From positions 64,001-128,000 of the IMG/VR virus record IMGVR_UViG_3300035686_000002: a stretch of 64,000 nt of DNA; one strand, written 5' to 3'. The stretch is from a virus (Duplodnaviria > Caudoviricetes). Under the pieces are notes generated by a model. The model saw nothing but the letters and a program-made list of their open reading frames with translations, did no database searches and was not told where the DNA came from. Below, piece after piece: positions 9,121 to 18,385 of this stretch; within the stretch, counting starts at the first letter, position 1; every line of letters starts with the position of its first letter. The translations under genes were made by a program, and so were the position numbers.

Positions 9121-10479
9121 CTACCTCCTTTTTTGTCTAGTTAATTCAAAATCGGCAGGAACAGTAAACAATCCTAGTGCGTTTTCTTCTAGTATCTCTA
9201 GCTCTGTCAAGCTTTCGCTTTCGATGTTTACTGATGCATCTTTCCTACCCTTTGCAGATTCCTCTTGATTTTTTATAAACTTTTTGGCATTTTCTTCGGT
9301 TAACTCCATACCTAACATATCTCCAGATGTAAAGCCAACTTTTTGATAAAACGGAATTGCATCACTTAGCGGATACAATTCAATACGCGGTTTTCTTTTC
9401 TCGGCAATTGCATTTTTAATTAAAGATTCTATTGCGCTTGCTCCCGCTCCTTTCTTCTTGTTTAGATGAGCTTCTAAACAGTTCCACGGAGCAGAAGCCA
9501 ATAAATTTACAAAGTATCCATCAGAAGTAATCTCGTAACTATATGCAGCTTGCAACTTTCCGTCTTTGTCTACAACTCCCCCAAAAATAATATCTTTTCT
9601 TTCTTTAGTCTTAAGTATAGCGCCAACAATACTTATTGTTGCATCTAACCTCTCTTCTGTTGTCCTTTGAATCAACCTACTATCCGGTATAGATTCATCG
9701 TATAGACTGAGTTGAGCTTGTTCTAATTCTTGTTGGATATCAATCCATTGTTGTAATTTTTCCCTGGTTTCTTTATCTCCTACGAATTTAAAATTCTTAT
9801 TACTTAACAAAAATTTTTCAGGTGCAAGGGTTGGTTCAGTAGATTGTTTTTCTTTGTTTGTTATTTGACGCTGAACCAGTCTGTCTCGCCCCTCTCCTTG
9901 ATATTTATTTCTTGCGCTTGTAATTCGAGCGCCTACAGCATTAACTGCTGCAAACTTCTTCTTGTCACCACTAGCCTCAAGTTTGATTGACAAATCTATC
10001 AACTTACTTAATCGTTCTTTCCCAATTGCTTTACCTTGAAACTCGCCTCGCGTCTTTTTGCCCGAACTTAAAATTCTGCAAGTTTTAGTTAAACCAATAC
10101 AACTAAACCCGCAGCTATAACCTTCAGTTCCACACTTAGGCTTTTTGACACGCTTTCCTATTTGACTTCTATCAAGTCGAATATTCGCAAATAGCGACGT
10201 ATACCCTTCACTAAAAGAATCAAGTTGTGCAGGCAATCCATTTACAGAAAAAGAATCAAGTCTTGCTGCTGGCTTGTAGCTAATCCCGTCAATGTCAATA
10301 ACAAATTCATAAACTCGATTGTTCCATGAATCCCTAAATTTACCATTGATAACCTCATCTTTAACCGAGTAAGTTAAAATTTGAATGTTGCTTCCGTAAG
10401 CCTCGTCACTCTCAAGAATTGATTCTAATTCAGCTAAAAACTCTTGTCTAACAGGTGATTCAGTAAGAGGTACACTCAT
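9121..10479 (-). CDS. Shared-N-module family protein with C-terminal GNAT acetyltransferase domain
   Basis: SDEAYGS...GKFRDSWNNR...YKPA and CGTEGYSCGFSCIGLTKTC. C-terminal LLASAPWN...KKGAGASAI...AIPFYQKVGF matches GNAT motifs A and B. Confidence 0.82.
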   Translation of the reverse strand: MSVPLTESPVRQEFLAELESILESDEAYGSNIQILTYSVKDEVINGKFRDSWNNRVYEFVIDIDGISYKPAARLDSFSVNGLPAQLDSFSEGYTSLFANIRLDRSQIGKRVKKPKCGTEGYSCGFSCIGLTKTCRILSSGKKTRGEFQGKAIGKERLSKLIDLSIKLEASGDKKKFAAVNAVGARITSARNKYQGEGRDRLVQRQITNKEKQSTEPTLAPEKFLLSNKNFKFVGDKETREKLQQWIDIQQELEQAQLSLYDESIPDSRLIQRTTEERLDATISIVGAILKTKERKDIIFGGVVDKDGKLQAAYSYEITSDGYFVNLLASAPWNCLEAHLNKKKGAGASAIESLIKNAIAEKRKPRIELYPLSDAIPFYQKVGFTSGDMLGMELTEENAKKFIKNQEESAKGRKDASVNIESESLTELEILEENALGLFTVPADFELTRQKRR

Positions 10480-11219
10480 GCCCTACCTCCTATCCCGCGA
10501 CAGATGTCATCAGACACAGAAAACCTCGACCGATTGACCGTGTAGTGTTCGCCGTTAACCGTGCCGTCGTCAAGCTGAATGTCGGCATACACGATTGCAG
10601 GTGTCATAAGGGCAGCAGTATCTTGCGGTAAAAGGCGAATTTGGTATGTGGCCGCCCGTGTTTTGCCGTTGTAGGTAACAATGTCCTCCACTCCCAAAAA
10701 CTTAACGCCACCGTTTTGCAAGGTTTTTCTAAATAGCGCTTTGCTGTCCAAGTGTGCAGGGTCAGTTTTTCCGGTAAAAGTTACATTGACCGAACCATTG
10801 GTTTCCGACGCTACCCGATCACCCACAATCCGCAAATTGAACGCATAAAAGTCTCCCCGCGTCAGTTGATTGCCGTCTAGCTGTTCCTCTTGTCCATTTT
10901 TGAGTAGGAATAATTCAGCGCTAGGGGGATAGACTATTTTGCCGAGCAACGACAGCAGCAAAAATTCATCCTGTCCAACTTTGCTCTCAACAGCGATCGC
11001 TCGACCAAATGACAGGGCTAAGTCGCAAGTGTCAGCGCTGACCTTTGCTGAGGCTGAAAGCGATCGACCAAATTGAAGATTTATTTCAACGCTGTCGTTG
11101 CTAACCCGTGACTGAGCTGCAACTGCACGTCCAAAAGTCCACTTTGGCTCGTCAGCTTCAACCGCATCATTACCAACTTTTGAGTAAGCTCCGACTGAAA
11201 TTCCCACCATTTTTATCAC
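10476..11219 (-). CDS. Structural protein: N-terminal FGR-x-x-A repeats plus BppU-N-like domain
   Basis: Three FGR(A/S)xxAxxxV repeats, then LTRGDFYAF...IRLLPQDTAAL...YADIQL. Confidence 0.5.
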   Translation of the reverse strand: MIKMVGISVGAYSKVGNDAVEADEPKWTFGRAVAAQSRVSNDSVEINLQFGRSLSASAKVSADTCDLALSFGRAIAVESKVGQDEFLLLSLLGKIVYPPSAELFLLKNGQEEQLDGNQLTRGDFYAFNLRIVGDRVASETNGSVNVTFTGKTDPAHLDSKALFRKTLQNGGVKFLGVEDIVTYNGKTRAATYQIRLLPQDTAALMTPAIVYADIQLDDGTVNGEHYTVNRSRFSVSDDICRGIGGRA

Positions 11220-12049
11220 CCCCTAATAATGATTCCGCCGGGTTCGATCGTCAGCAAGTCGCGATTCCAGCCGTATTTGCCGGGGGCTAGCGTCCCCCAA
11301 TGCCACAGTTCACCTTCTGACAAAAGTTGGAAGCCGCCGATCGGGCCAGTGTCAGCGGTAAATTGATCAAAGGCGATCGGAAGTAAGTTGTCTGTTTGTC
11401 GAGTCAGCAGCGGATCTCGCCAGCTTGTTAAGGCACAGGGATATTCTTTTTCCGCTGTGGGCGAAAGCGGTTCTGCCTCGCCCGTTAGCGGGTTCAGCCC
11501 AGGTTTGACGAGCCTGATTGTTACAGCACTTTGAGGCGTGATAGCTTGCCCTTTAAACACTGCGTTTAGTCGCTTGTTTCTCAGGGGTATGCTGGTGCAT
11601 TGAGCTAAGCCACCGCCGTTAGCTTCATCAATCGTAAAGTTTTTGGTTGGGTGGGTGTCGAAGAAAAAATAATCTGGAGGCTCGATCGTTTCGCCGTTTC
11701 TTAGATGCCCAGCGTAAAAAATCTCAGCGCCAACGGTGATTTGCCAAGAAATTGGCTTGTAACTTGCAGTTGCGTTGGGGTAGCGCAGAATACTGCTATT
11801 GCTCGTTTTACCTGCGTCTGCTGCAAACATTTTAGAGCTATCAAGGTCGAAGGGTAGGTATCCGCCACCTGTTACTTCTGTTATTACTCCGCTGGCATTG
11901 GGCAATGTTGTTCCCAGTCTCTGTCGGGGAACTTCTATTACCGAGAAGGCGATGCCTCGATAGACGTTGAGCTGGTGCTGAACTAGAATTGGCGATTTGG
12001 TTTCCATATTATCTTCTGCTGGTTTTTCGTAAATAGTGTCGCGGCCCAT
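11216..12049 (-). CDS. Tail/fibre-associated structural protein with internally duplicated domain
   Basis: Two similar halves (EVTGGGY...SNSSILRYPNATA...FYAGHL and TDNLLPIAFDQFTA...WHWGTL) in the virion operon. Confidence 0.5.
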   Translation of the reverse strand: MGRDTIYEKPAEDNMETKSPILVQHQLNVYRGIAFSVIEVPRQRLGTTLPNASGVITEVTGGGYLPFDLDSSKMFAADAGKTSNSSILRYPNATASYKPISWQITVGAEIFYAGHLRNGETIEPPDYFFFDTHPTKNFTIDEANGGGLAQCTSIPLRNKRLNAVFKGQAITPQSAVTIRLVKPGLNPLTGEAEPLSPTAEKEYPCALTSWRDPLLTRQTDNLLPIAFDQFTADTGPIGGFQLLSEGELWHWGTLAPGKYGWNRDLLTIEPGGIIIRG

Positions 12050-13418
12050 TTATCGTGCTAATAACAGCCCCTCTTTCTAATTCTTCAGGTACTTTTTCAC
12101 CTTCTCTTCCGTGTCCTATTAATTGATAGTCGTCACTATTTGCTTGAAGATCAAGCATCATTTTATTGAAGTCTTCAGAAGAAACTCTCTCTTTGAGCGT
12201 GTCTCTTATTTTTGTAATTGGCACCAAATCATCATAGTTAAATTCATCATTTAACGCTTTTCTAATTTTTTCTGTAACTTCTTCAAATTCTTTTTGAGAT
12301 TTAATTCTGGAACCTTTTACATACTGTCTTGCTGTTCCTAACGGATCCAAGTCTGGGCGATTATCTAATTGTTCGTCAATTTTAGCTTGTTTTTCTGGGC
12401 TTAAATCTTTGATTCTATTTTTAGCTTGATCTTCTAACTTAATATAAAAACGAAGTCCATTTGTGTTTGTTGTAATTGAGTTTTCAATTTGTCGAGCATA
12501 ATCAGATCCTTGAGAACCTCCAGAACCCCCGTAAAGTAAAACGTTGTCGTTAGCCTGTAAGTCTTTTACGTATTGATTAAATTTGTCTCTAGACACTAAT
12601 TCTCCAATAGCTTCCCTAACTTTATGAATAGGGACATCATCATCATCGTCTTTTCTTAATTTATCAACTACGCGCAAAAACACATCTTCAAATTCTTTCT
12701 GAGTCTTTATAGAATGAGTTTTAGAATTTGTAGTTTGATCAAAACCTAATTTTGTTTTTGATTTTTTTTGAATTTTTGATTCTTCTTCAGCAGATTGTTT
12801 TTCTTTGTTTGTTATTTGACGCTGAACTAACCTGTTTCGTCCTTCTCCTTGGTACTTGTTTTTTGCGCTTGTAATTCGAGCGCCTACAGCATTAACGGCT
12901 GCAAACTTCTTCTGATCACCAGACGCGGCAAGCTTGACTGACAAGTCTATCAATTTACTCAAACGCTCTTTTCCAATCGCCTTGCCTTGAGATTCGCCTC
13001 GTGTTTTTTTGCCTGAACTTAAAATTCTACAAGTTTTTAGCAATCCAATACAGCTAAATCCGCAGCCATAACCTTCGGCTCCGCACTTGGGTTTTTTGAC
13101 GCGTTTGCCTATCTGATTTCGATCAAGTCGGATATCCTCGAATAATGACCCATATCCTTCACTAAAAACATCAAACCTTGTAGGCAGATCGTCAACGCTA
13201 ATAGAGTCAAGTTTTGCTGCTGGTTTGTAACTAATTCCATTAACGTCAATAATAAATTCATAAACTCGGTTGTTCCAAGAATCTTTAAATTTTCCGTTAA
13301 TAGTTTCGTCTTTAAGCGAATAAGTCAGAATTTGCAGGTTGCTTCCATAAGCTTCATCACTTTCAAGGATTGACTCTAACTCAGCCAAAAACTCCTGCCT
13401 AGTTGAATCGTCGCTCAT
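12009..13418 (-). CDS. Shared-N-module family protein with two tandem winged-helix-like C-terminal repeats
   Basis: The N-terminal ~200 aa are nearly identical to 9121..10479. Repeats IKTQKEFE...VPIHKVREAI...LQAND...LRFYIK and IKSQKEFE...VPITKIRDTL...LQANS...PRHYLR. Confidence 0.78.
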   Translation of the reverse strand: MSDDSTRQEFLAELESILESDEAYGSNLQILTYSLKDETINGKFKDSWNNRVYEFIIDVNGISYKPAAKLDSISVDDLPTRFDVFSEGYGSLFEDIRLDRNQIGKRVKKPKCGAEGYGCGFSCIGLLKTCRILSSGKKTRGESQGKAIGKERLSKLIDLSVKLAASGDQKKFAAVNAVGARITSAKNKYQGEGRNRLVQRQITNKEKQSAEEESKIQKKSKTKLGFDQTTNSKTHSIKTQKEFEDVFLRVVDKLRKDDDDDVPIHKVREAIGELVSRDKFNQYVKDLQANDNVLLYGGSGGSQGSDYARQIENSITTNTNGLRFYIKLEDQAKNRIKDLSPEKQAKIDEQLDNRPDLDPLGTARQYVKGSRIKSQKEFEEVTEKIRKALNDEFNYDDLVPITKIRDTLKERVSSEDFNKMMLDLQANSDDYQLIGHGREGEKVPEELERGAVISTINGPRHYLRKTSRR

Positions 13419-13848
13419 CTGGCTTCCTCCTTACCGTAAGAATATAGACAAGGGGGTTGTTCTCGTCAATTGTCACAAACTCTACCTCAATGCCACCAAA
13501 TACTTTTCCATTGCGCATCTCTGCGTTAACCCAGTAACTTGTCCCGGTTGCCTGAAGCCAATCGTCAAGATCGAGATTGCGCGGGATGCCAGAAAGAGTA
13601 AACTCATCTTCCCGCGCCTCTGTCCCGTCGTTTGCCATTGTGGGCGAGAAAGTTGATGGCGGTGCTTTCTTCCAGATTAGATTGCTTACAGATCGCAGCT
13701 CTTGGCGAGAAACGCCGTCTGCCGTAAACCGTCGCACGAGTAAAAGACTGACAACATTGGTCAAGCCAAAACCATCGGCGGTCTTGGCAAAACTACAATC
13801 CCTAGCTTTTTGAGCAATCTTGGCAAAACTCATGCGATTATCCCGCAA
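13399..13848 (-). CDS. Putative head-closure/neck protein
   Basis: Position directly after the DUF4054 connector, 149 aa. Confidence 0.45.
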   Translation of the reverse strand: MRDNRMSFAKIAQKARDCSFAKTADGFGLTNVVSLLLVRRFTADGVSRQELRSVSNLIWKKAPPSTFSPTMANDGTEAREDEFTLSGIPRNLDLDDWLQATGTSYWVNAEMRNGKVFGGIEVEFVTIDENNPLVYILTVRRKPDERRFN

Positions 13849-14180
13849 GTAGGTAGCTGTGATTGAATTCGGATAACTTCTTGACCATAGCTGGTGCTAT
13901 TTAAGTTGTTGGCGCTGCCACCCCCAACTTTAGGGAGTGAAGGAGAACCACCCTTTGCTGCCTCTACCGCCGCTCCTGCAATTACCCCTAATTGAAAAAG
14001 GTACATTGCTATCTTGTGTGCTGCCAAATGTGCGATCGCCTCTTGATGCAAATTCCCATATTTATGAGCAGGGCATTCTTTACTCGCTTGGAGCAAAGCT
14101 CGTTCAATTTGATAGCGATCACACTCCGCAAGCTCAGGAAATAGCAAACAAAAGTTTTCAACAGAGACTTGTCCGATCAT
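13830..14180 (-). CDS. Head-tail connector (DUF4054-like)
   Basis: F-x-x-x-FPEL, AIAHLAAH, LNSTSYGQE are DUF4054 hallmarks. Confidence 0.85.
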   Translation of the reverse strand: MIGQVSVENFCLLFPELAECDRYQIERALLQASKECPAHKYGNLHQEAIAHLAAHKIAMYLFQLGVIAGAAVEAAKGGSPSLPKVGGGSANNLNSTSYGQEVIRIQSQLPTCGIIA

Positions 14181-14551
14181 TTTTTAGAAGGAGTGGGAGG
14201 GGTAGGAGTTTTTTCAACTTCTGACGGACGAGTAACGAAAGCAGAAACGTCCGCTGCTTCGGAGCTAGCTTCTTGTGCAATCAACTTGGTTTCTATCGGA
14301 GCAGATACCCGCGCAGTTTTCTTAGTATCTGGCGGCGCAATCACTGTAGGCTGCTCAAACAGAACTCGGATAATTCCTTGCTCTTGCCTGAGTTTAATTA
14401 GTGGATGATCTGCAACCTCTTTCCATTTGTCAATATCAACTTCGTTCTTCTTACCAGCCACTAGCTGTATCGAGCCAACAAACAAATCGCCGCTTTGTGG
14501 AACTGGACTTAGCTGTGGTAAATATTCAACAATTCCTATTATTCCGCTCAT
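14177..14551 (-). CDS. Hypothetical head-associated protein
   Basis: Lies between capsid and connector. IQLVAGKKNEVDIDKWKEV...HP motif with a low-complexity tail. Confidence 0.6.
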   Translation of the reverse strand: MSGIIGIVEYLPQLSPVPQSGDLFVGSIQLVAGKKNEVDIDKWKEVADHPLIKLRQEQGIIRVLFEQPTVIAPPDTKKTARVSAPIETKLIAQEASSEAADVSAFVTRPSEVEKTPTPPTPSKK

Positions 14552-15468
14552 TAACTTGCTAATACTCCTTCTACAACTACTGCTGACAAGCGACTAAAGA
14601 ATGTGCCACCGTTTCGTTCGTGAATCAGCACTTCCTTGGAAGTGTCGCTGTTGTGGTGCAACAACTGCTCAATCGGCTGCGGAATAAACCGTTTTACGTG
14701 GCTTGGATCTTTCTTGTAAAAGATAATCGCCGGGGTTCCCCCAAATCCAGCCTCGTCTGCCTCGCTTACGTCGTCAACGTAAGTAATTTGTGGGTTGGAC
14801 TTGCGCCACAAATCCATCAGCGTTACGTCTGAGTTCGCATTTCTAAACGTGGTATTTAGAACGGTTCGCACTCGCGAGGGGAACAGTACAGTATCAGCTT
14901 TGAAAGTTCGTCGAGTTATTTGGTCGTAAACCATGTTTGACCAAATATTGAGGTAACGCAGCATCAAGTTTGGATCTAATGTCGGATCGTCGAACTGGAT
15001 AGGACTGAGAACTTTTGGCAGCAAAGGAAATGTAAACAATCCATAGAGTCCGGCATCTGGATCGCCCAGATACGAAACGCGATTGCTTTCTCGCGCTACC
15101 ATTTCTTTTGCGCCCAAGGCTTTTTCTGCTGAAATATCAATTCCAGCAAATGTTGCCGTCCGCACTTCCTGAAAAGTGACGCGCCACGCTGCCTCAATCG
15201 ATTTAACGTTGCTGGCGTTCATGGCTTCACTCACCACCCCGACCAACGGCGGATCGTCACCGGGAGCGGAAGTTATTTTGGCTCGACCGCGATAGTCAAG
15301 CGTTACTTGGGTCAGCATCTGAGCGCCGGGGCCGCCCTCAAAAGAAGTTGGGATGTGTTGGGCAGCTTTCAATTCGGGATATTCAGCTCTTGCGACTTCA
15401 CCTAGAATATGCTCGACGGCACGTTGCAAAAGGTAAGGCCCATCCATTCGGACATCTGTTGGAGACAT
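14551..15468 (-). CDS. Major capsid protein (DUF2184/HK97-fold type)
   Basis: EYPELKA...IP, SYLGDPDAGLYGLFTFP, ADTVLFPS, IFYKKDP, ERNGG. Follows the protease and decoration genes. Confidence 0.88.
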   Translation of the reverse strand: MSPTDVRMDGPYLLQRAVEHILGEVARAEYPELKAAQHIPTSFEGGPGAQMLTQVTLDYRGRAKITSAPGDDPPLVGVVSEAMNASNVKSIEAAWRVTFQEVRTATFAGIDISAEKALGAKEMVARESNRVSYLGDPDAGLYGLFTFPLLPKVLSPIQFDDPTLDPNLMLRYLNIWSNMVYDQITRRTFKADTVLFPSRVRTVLNTTFRNANSDVTLMDLWRKSNPQITYVDDVSEADEAGFGGTPAIIFYKKDPSHVKRFIPQPIEQLLHHNSDTSKEVLIHERNGGTFFSRLSAVVVEGVLAS

Positions 15469-15491
15469 TTTAGTTGTTTTAAATAATGGGG

Positions 15492-16292
15492 TTAAGCTGC
15501 TGCGGGGGCAGTAATACTGGCGTATCCGAGTTTGATTTGCGCCAAATCAGTTCCTGATGTCAAAAACTGAGCGTTTGTCAACTGCAAGTCGGCACCCGCC
15601 GCAGTTGCACCACGAAATGCTCCAATTTTTCCAGCGCCAGAATAGCGGTAAAAAACAGGAGAACTAGGATTTACTGGAGGGCCTTCAACCGCGACCCACA
15701 ATGTCCCAGCCTCGCGAACGAGCATCACGTCGTTTTTTCTATACACGTGCTTGTTAGATCCGCACGGATAAGCGTTTGTCCGAAGTCCATCGTCAGCAGT
15801 TACCCCGACGAACTTGTGATTTGCATCTGGCGCACCTAACCTGACTTCTCGCTCGCTATCGGTAGCAAGGCGAACTACGGCAAGACCTAGTTCAATATCA
15901 GTGGACGCAACAACTGGTGTTGTAACGGCTTGAGTTAAGGCTGCACTACCCGGTATCACGGTCAAAGTTTGTCCCGGAAGTCCAGTAATAGTTATGGCGC
16001 TAGCGCCTCCTGTGGCAGCATCAACACCCGCAAAGGATTGATTGATGGCAGCAACTAAAGCATCCCGGAGCAAAGTGACGTTCCCTCCGGTTGCAGGCGT
16101 CGTCGTAGTGACTGTGACGCCGTTAATAGTTACTGCGTATTCCGTGCTGGGCGTAAAAGTAGCGATAGTAAGCGTTACAACTCCAGCAACGTCTAACGCT
16201 GTATTGAAGTAGCTTCGATCGTACTTAGGAGCCAAGTCTGCTGGCATACCGGGGTAGCCGATCGGAAAAGTTGAAGCAAAAGAAGTTTGCAT
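15492..16292 (-). CDS. Capsid decoration/cement protein with inserted Ig-like domain
   Basis: GYPGMPAD N-terminus, IELGLAVV, FVGV, VREAGTLWV...PVFYR...GAF. Lies between protease and capsid. Confidence 0.78.
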   Translation of the reverse strand: MQTSFASTFPIGYPGMPADLAPKYDRSYFNTALDVAGVVTLTIATFTPSTEYAVTINGVTVTTTTPATGGNVTLLRDALVAAINQSFAGVDAATGGASAITITGLPGQTLTVIPGSAALTQAVTTPVVASTDIELGLAVVRLATDSEREVRLGAPDANHKFVGVTADDGLRTNAYPCGSNKHVYRKNDVMLVREAGTLWVAVEGPPVNPSSPVFYRYSGAGKIGAFRGATAAGADLQLTNAQFLTSGTDLAQIKLGYASITAPAAA

Positions 16293-16296
16293 TAAT

Positions 16297-17745
16297 TTAA
16301 TTACTGTTTTTCCAAGCGTTTTGTACTTTAGCTTTTTGTTCTTGCTGAATTTTTTCTAGCGAGTCAACTGGGTAGTTGCTCGAATCAGCTTTTGCTTGAT
16401 CGATCCATTGACCCACAGACGCACGCTCAGGACTCGGCTTGGCGATTCCCTCGGCAACCATGACGCTAAATGCTGTCCGGATCACATCGTCTGGGTTGCT
16501 TGCCGATTGAACCAACGAATCAAGATTGAGTGCAGGGCGAGAATTTTGCAGTGCAAGCCGCATGATTCCAACACTATCAAGCGTATAGTCTGGTTCTTTT
16601 ATGGCAATGTTTGGCAAAAACGGCTCTGCCTCTTTCCAAGTTTTGATCCAAGACTCTCGCTGACTTATGATTGCTTTTTCTTGAGCTTCGCGAGTTAATT
16701 GCAGTTCAGCATCTAACCGTTGAACTTTAGCTTTGGCAGTGTCAAGTTCGCGACGGAAAGCAGCATTATCTCTCTCCGCACTGTCAAGACGACCTTCTAA
16801 TTCAGTAATCTGAATCTGTTTTTCCTTAACTCGGCGATTAGTTGCGCTGTCACTATCCGATCGGCTTAAATCGCTTTCAACAGACAAAGTATCTTCGATT
16901 GCTGTAGCTCGACCTTGCCAATAAGCAGCAGAGTCTTTAGTTTCGGTTAACTCTTCCTCTTTCTCTGTCCACATTGCTTGCATTTCAATTACAAGAGAAA
17001 TTAAATCTTCTTTGCTTTTTCCACGCAATTCTTCTTCATCGTGCATTTTCATATCAGTTTCACCTCCTACTTTTATGTGCAGATTATCAAGCCGAACCTC
17101 TGAATCGTTCCAAGCAGGTTCGGCAAGCTGCCAGCATTTTTCTAAAATTTCTGAATCTTTATGAAGTTCAGGGGTTGACAATCCGGGATAAAGACGAAGA
17201 TCTGCACCGCCCCGTGCTTTAACAGTTAGAGCTATATGATTGCCTTTGATATTCCGCTGAATCGCGTCGTATCGCTGACCCTCCCAAACTCCCGGAGTCC
17301 AGTCAAGTTTAGTCAGATAGCCGACAGACAATTCAATCCGCCCACCATCTAGCGCATTTTTAACAGCGTGTTGGTCAATTATCTTGACTTTTGTACTGAC
17401 AAACCCGCCGTCATAATTAACCGAGCCGTTCCAACCGACCGCAAAATGCCGAGCGTTGGAAGAGTCCAGCATTGCCGGGGGATGTTCGATAGAGATTGGC
17501 AAATCACATAACGTTTTTAAGGAGTCGCGGTTTGCGACTTCCTCCGGTGGACGAAACTCTCGACGAACGGTGCCGTCAGGGTTGGGGTATTCTTGAATCC
17601 CGATGCGGGCAATTTTGGCATTGGCAACCAAATACCCTTCGGGCGTCAGTTGCCATTCACCTAGCTTGCCGGAATCGGCTCGATATTCCCAATCGATTTT
17701 TTCAAGAACTTCAGGCATTTGAACTGCACAGCAAGGTGCTTGCAA
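16297..17745 (-). CDS. DUF2213 prohead protease/scaffold (likely start at 17718)
   Basis: TPEGYL...ARIGIQEY...FRPPEEV...PISIEHP...ELSVGY...YDAIQRNIKGNHIAL...ARGG, followed by a C-terminal coiled coil. Confidence 0.92.
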   Translation of the reverse strand: MQAPCCAVQMPEVLEKIDWEYRADSGKLGEWQLTPEGYLVANAKIARIGIQEYPNPDGTVRREFRPPEEVANRDSLKTLCDLPISIEHPPAMLDSSNARHFAVGWNGSVNYDGGFVSTKVKIIDQHAVKNALDGGRIELSVGYLTKLDWTPGVWEGQRYDAIQRNIKGNHIALTVKARGGADLRLYPGLSTPELHKDSEILEKCWQLAEPAWNDSEVRLDNLHIKVGGETDMKMHDEEELRGKSKEDLISLVIEMQAMWTEKEEELTETKDSAAYWQGRATAIEDTLSVESDLSRSDSDSATNRRVKEKQIQITELEGRLDSAERDNAAFRRELDTAKAKVQRLDAELQLTREAQEKAIISQRESWIKTWKEAEPFLPNIAIKEPDYTLDSVGIMRLALQNSRPALNLDSLVQSASNPDDVIRTAFSVMVAEGIAKPSPERASVGQWIDQAKADSSNYPVDSLEKIQQEQKAKVQNAWKNSN

Positions 17746-17810
17746 ACAGGAGAACTCTACAACCCATAATATCTACTCGTTTTTGGAAAAAATAAATTTA
17801 AGCGTGTTTA

Positions 17811-17869
17811 CTACACGGATTGATGCAATTTCACACAGATTGTGTAGAATGTACACAGATTGTGTAGAT
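17811..17869. promoter_or_regulatory. Operator-like array of near-palindromic ACACAGATTGTGT boxes at a 20-bp period in the divergent promoter region
   Basis: acacggattgatg (17813), acacagattgtgtaga (17833), acacagattgtgtaga (17853) between the head operon and the HTH gene. Confidence 0.65.
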
Positions 17870-17877
17870 ATCAAATT

Positions 17878-18186
17878 ATGCAAACTTTTGCAGTTTACTT
17901 AGAATTTAGCTGTAAGACTGAGGAAGAAGCGCGGAGTTTTTTGATAGAACTGTTTCGACGATCAAAAAACTTAAGCCGACCGCAGTTAGAAAAATTAGCC
18001 AATCTTCCTGACAGAAGTTTGGATAGAATTGAGCAAGGGACTAGAGGGGTTGACTCCTTGGAGTTACAACGAATCGCCTTGGCCGTCGATCGCCCGCTTG
18101 ACGATTTATTCCCTAAACAAATTAAAAAGAATGGACAAAATAACGCTGGAGACGGATTTTCTCGATCAGCTCGAAAAAGCCAGTAA
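17878..18186 (+). CDS. XRE/Cro-like HTH transcriptional regulator
   Basis: RRSKNLSRPQLEKLANLPDRSLDRIEQGTRG...LQRIALAVDRPLDDLF. ATG at 17878 preferred over TTG at 17860. Confidence 0.85.
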   Translation: MQTFAVYLEFSCKTEEEARSFLIELFRRSKNLSRPQLEKLANLPDRSLDRIEQGTRGVDSLELQRIALAVDRPLDDLFPKQIKKNGQNNAGDGFSRSARKSQ

Positions 18187-18385
18187 GTTTTTAGGCTCAC
18201 TGTCTACCAACCAACCAGTTGCCGATTTTCGGTCAAGCAAAGATATTTCCCAGTCCCGAATGGCAACGAAAGACATCAGCGCTAGACGAAAACCGACAGA
18301 CGTAACCAAAGTCAAGCCAATGCAATCTGTAACAGATAAAATAGAGCAAGATTTGATAAAGGAATTGGTGAGTAATTTTGAGTAA
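18130..18385 (+). CDS. Hypothetical protein (likely start MDKITLE)
   Basis: ORF 18029..18385 with a plausible ATG near 18130, coupled to the next gene. Confidence 0.45.

Noticed and set aside
6942-16292. Contractile tail (myovirus) or tailocin/eCIS
   Set aside because: No sheath or baseplate J/wedge genes were recognised, and terminase, portal and capsid are present.
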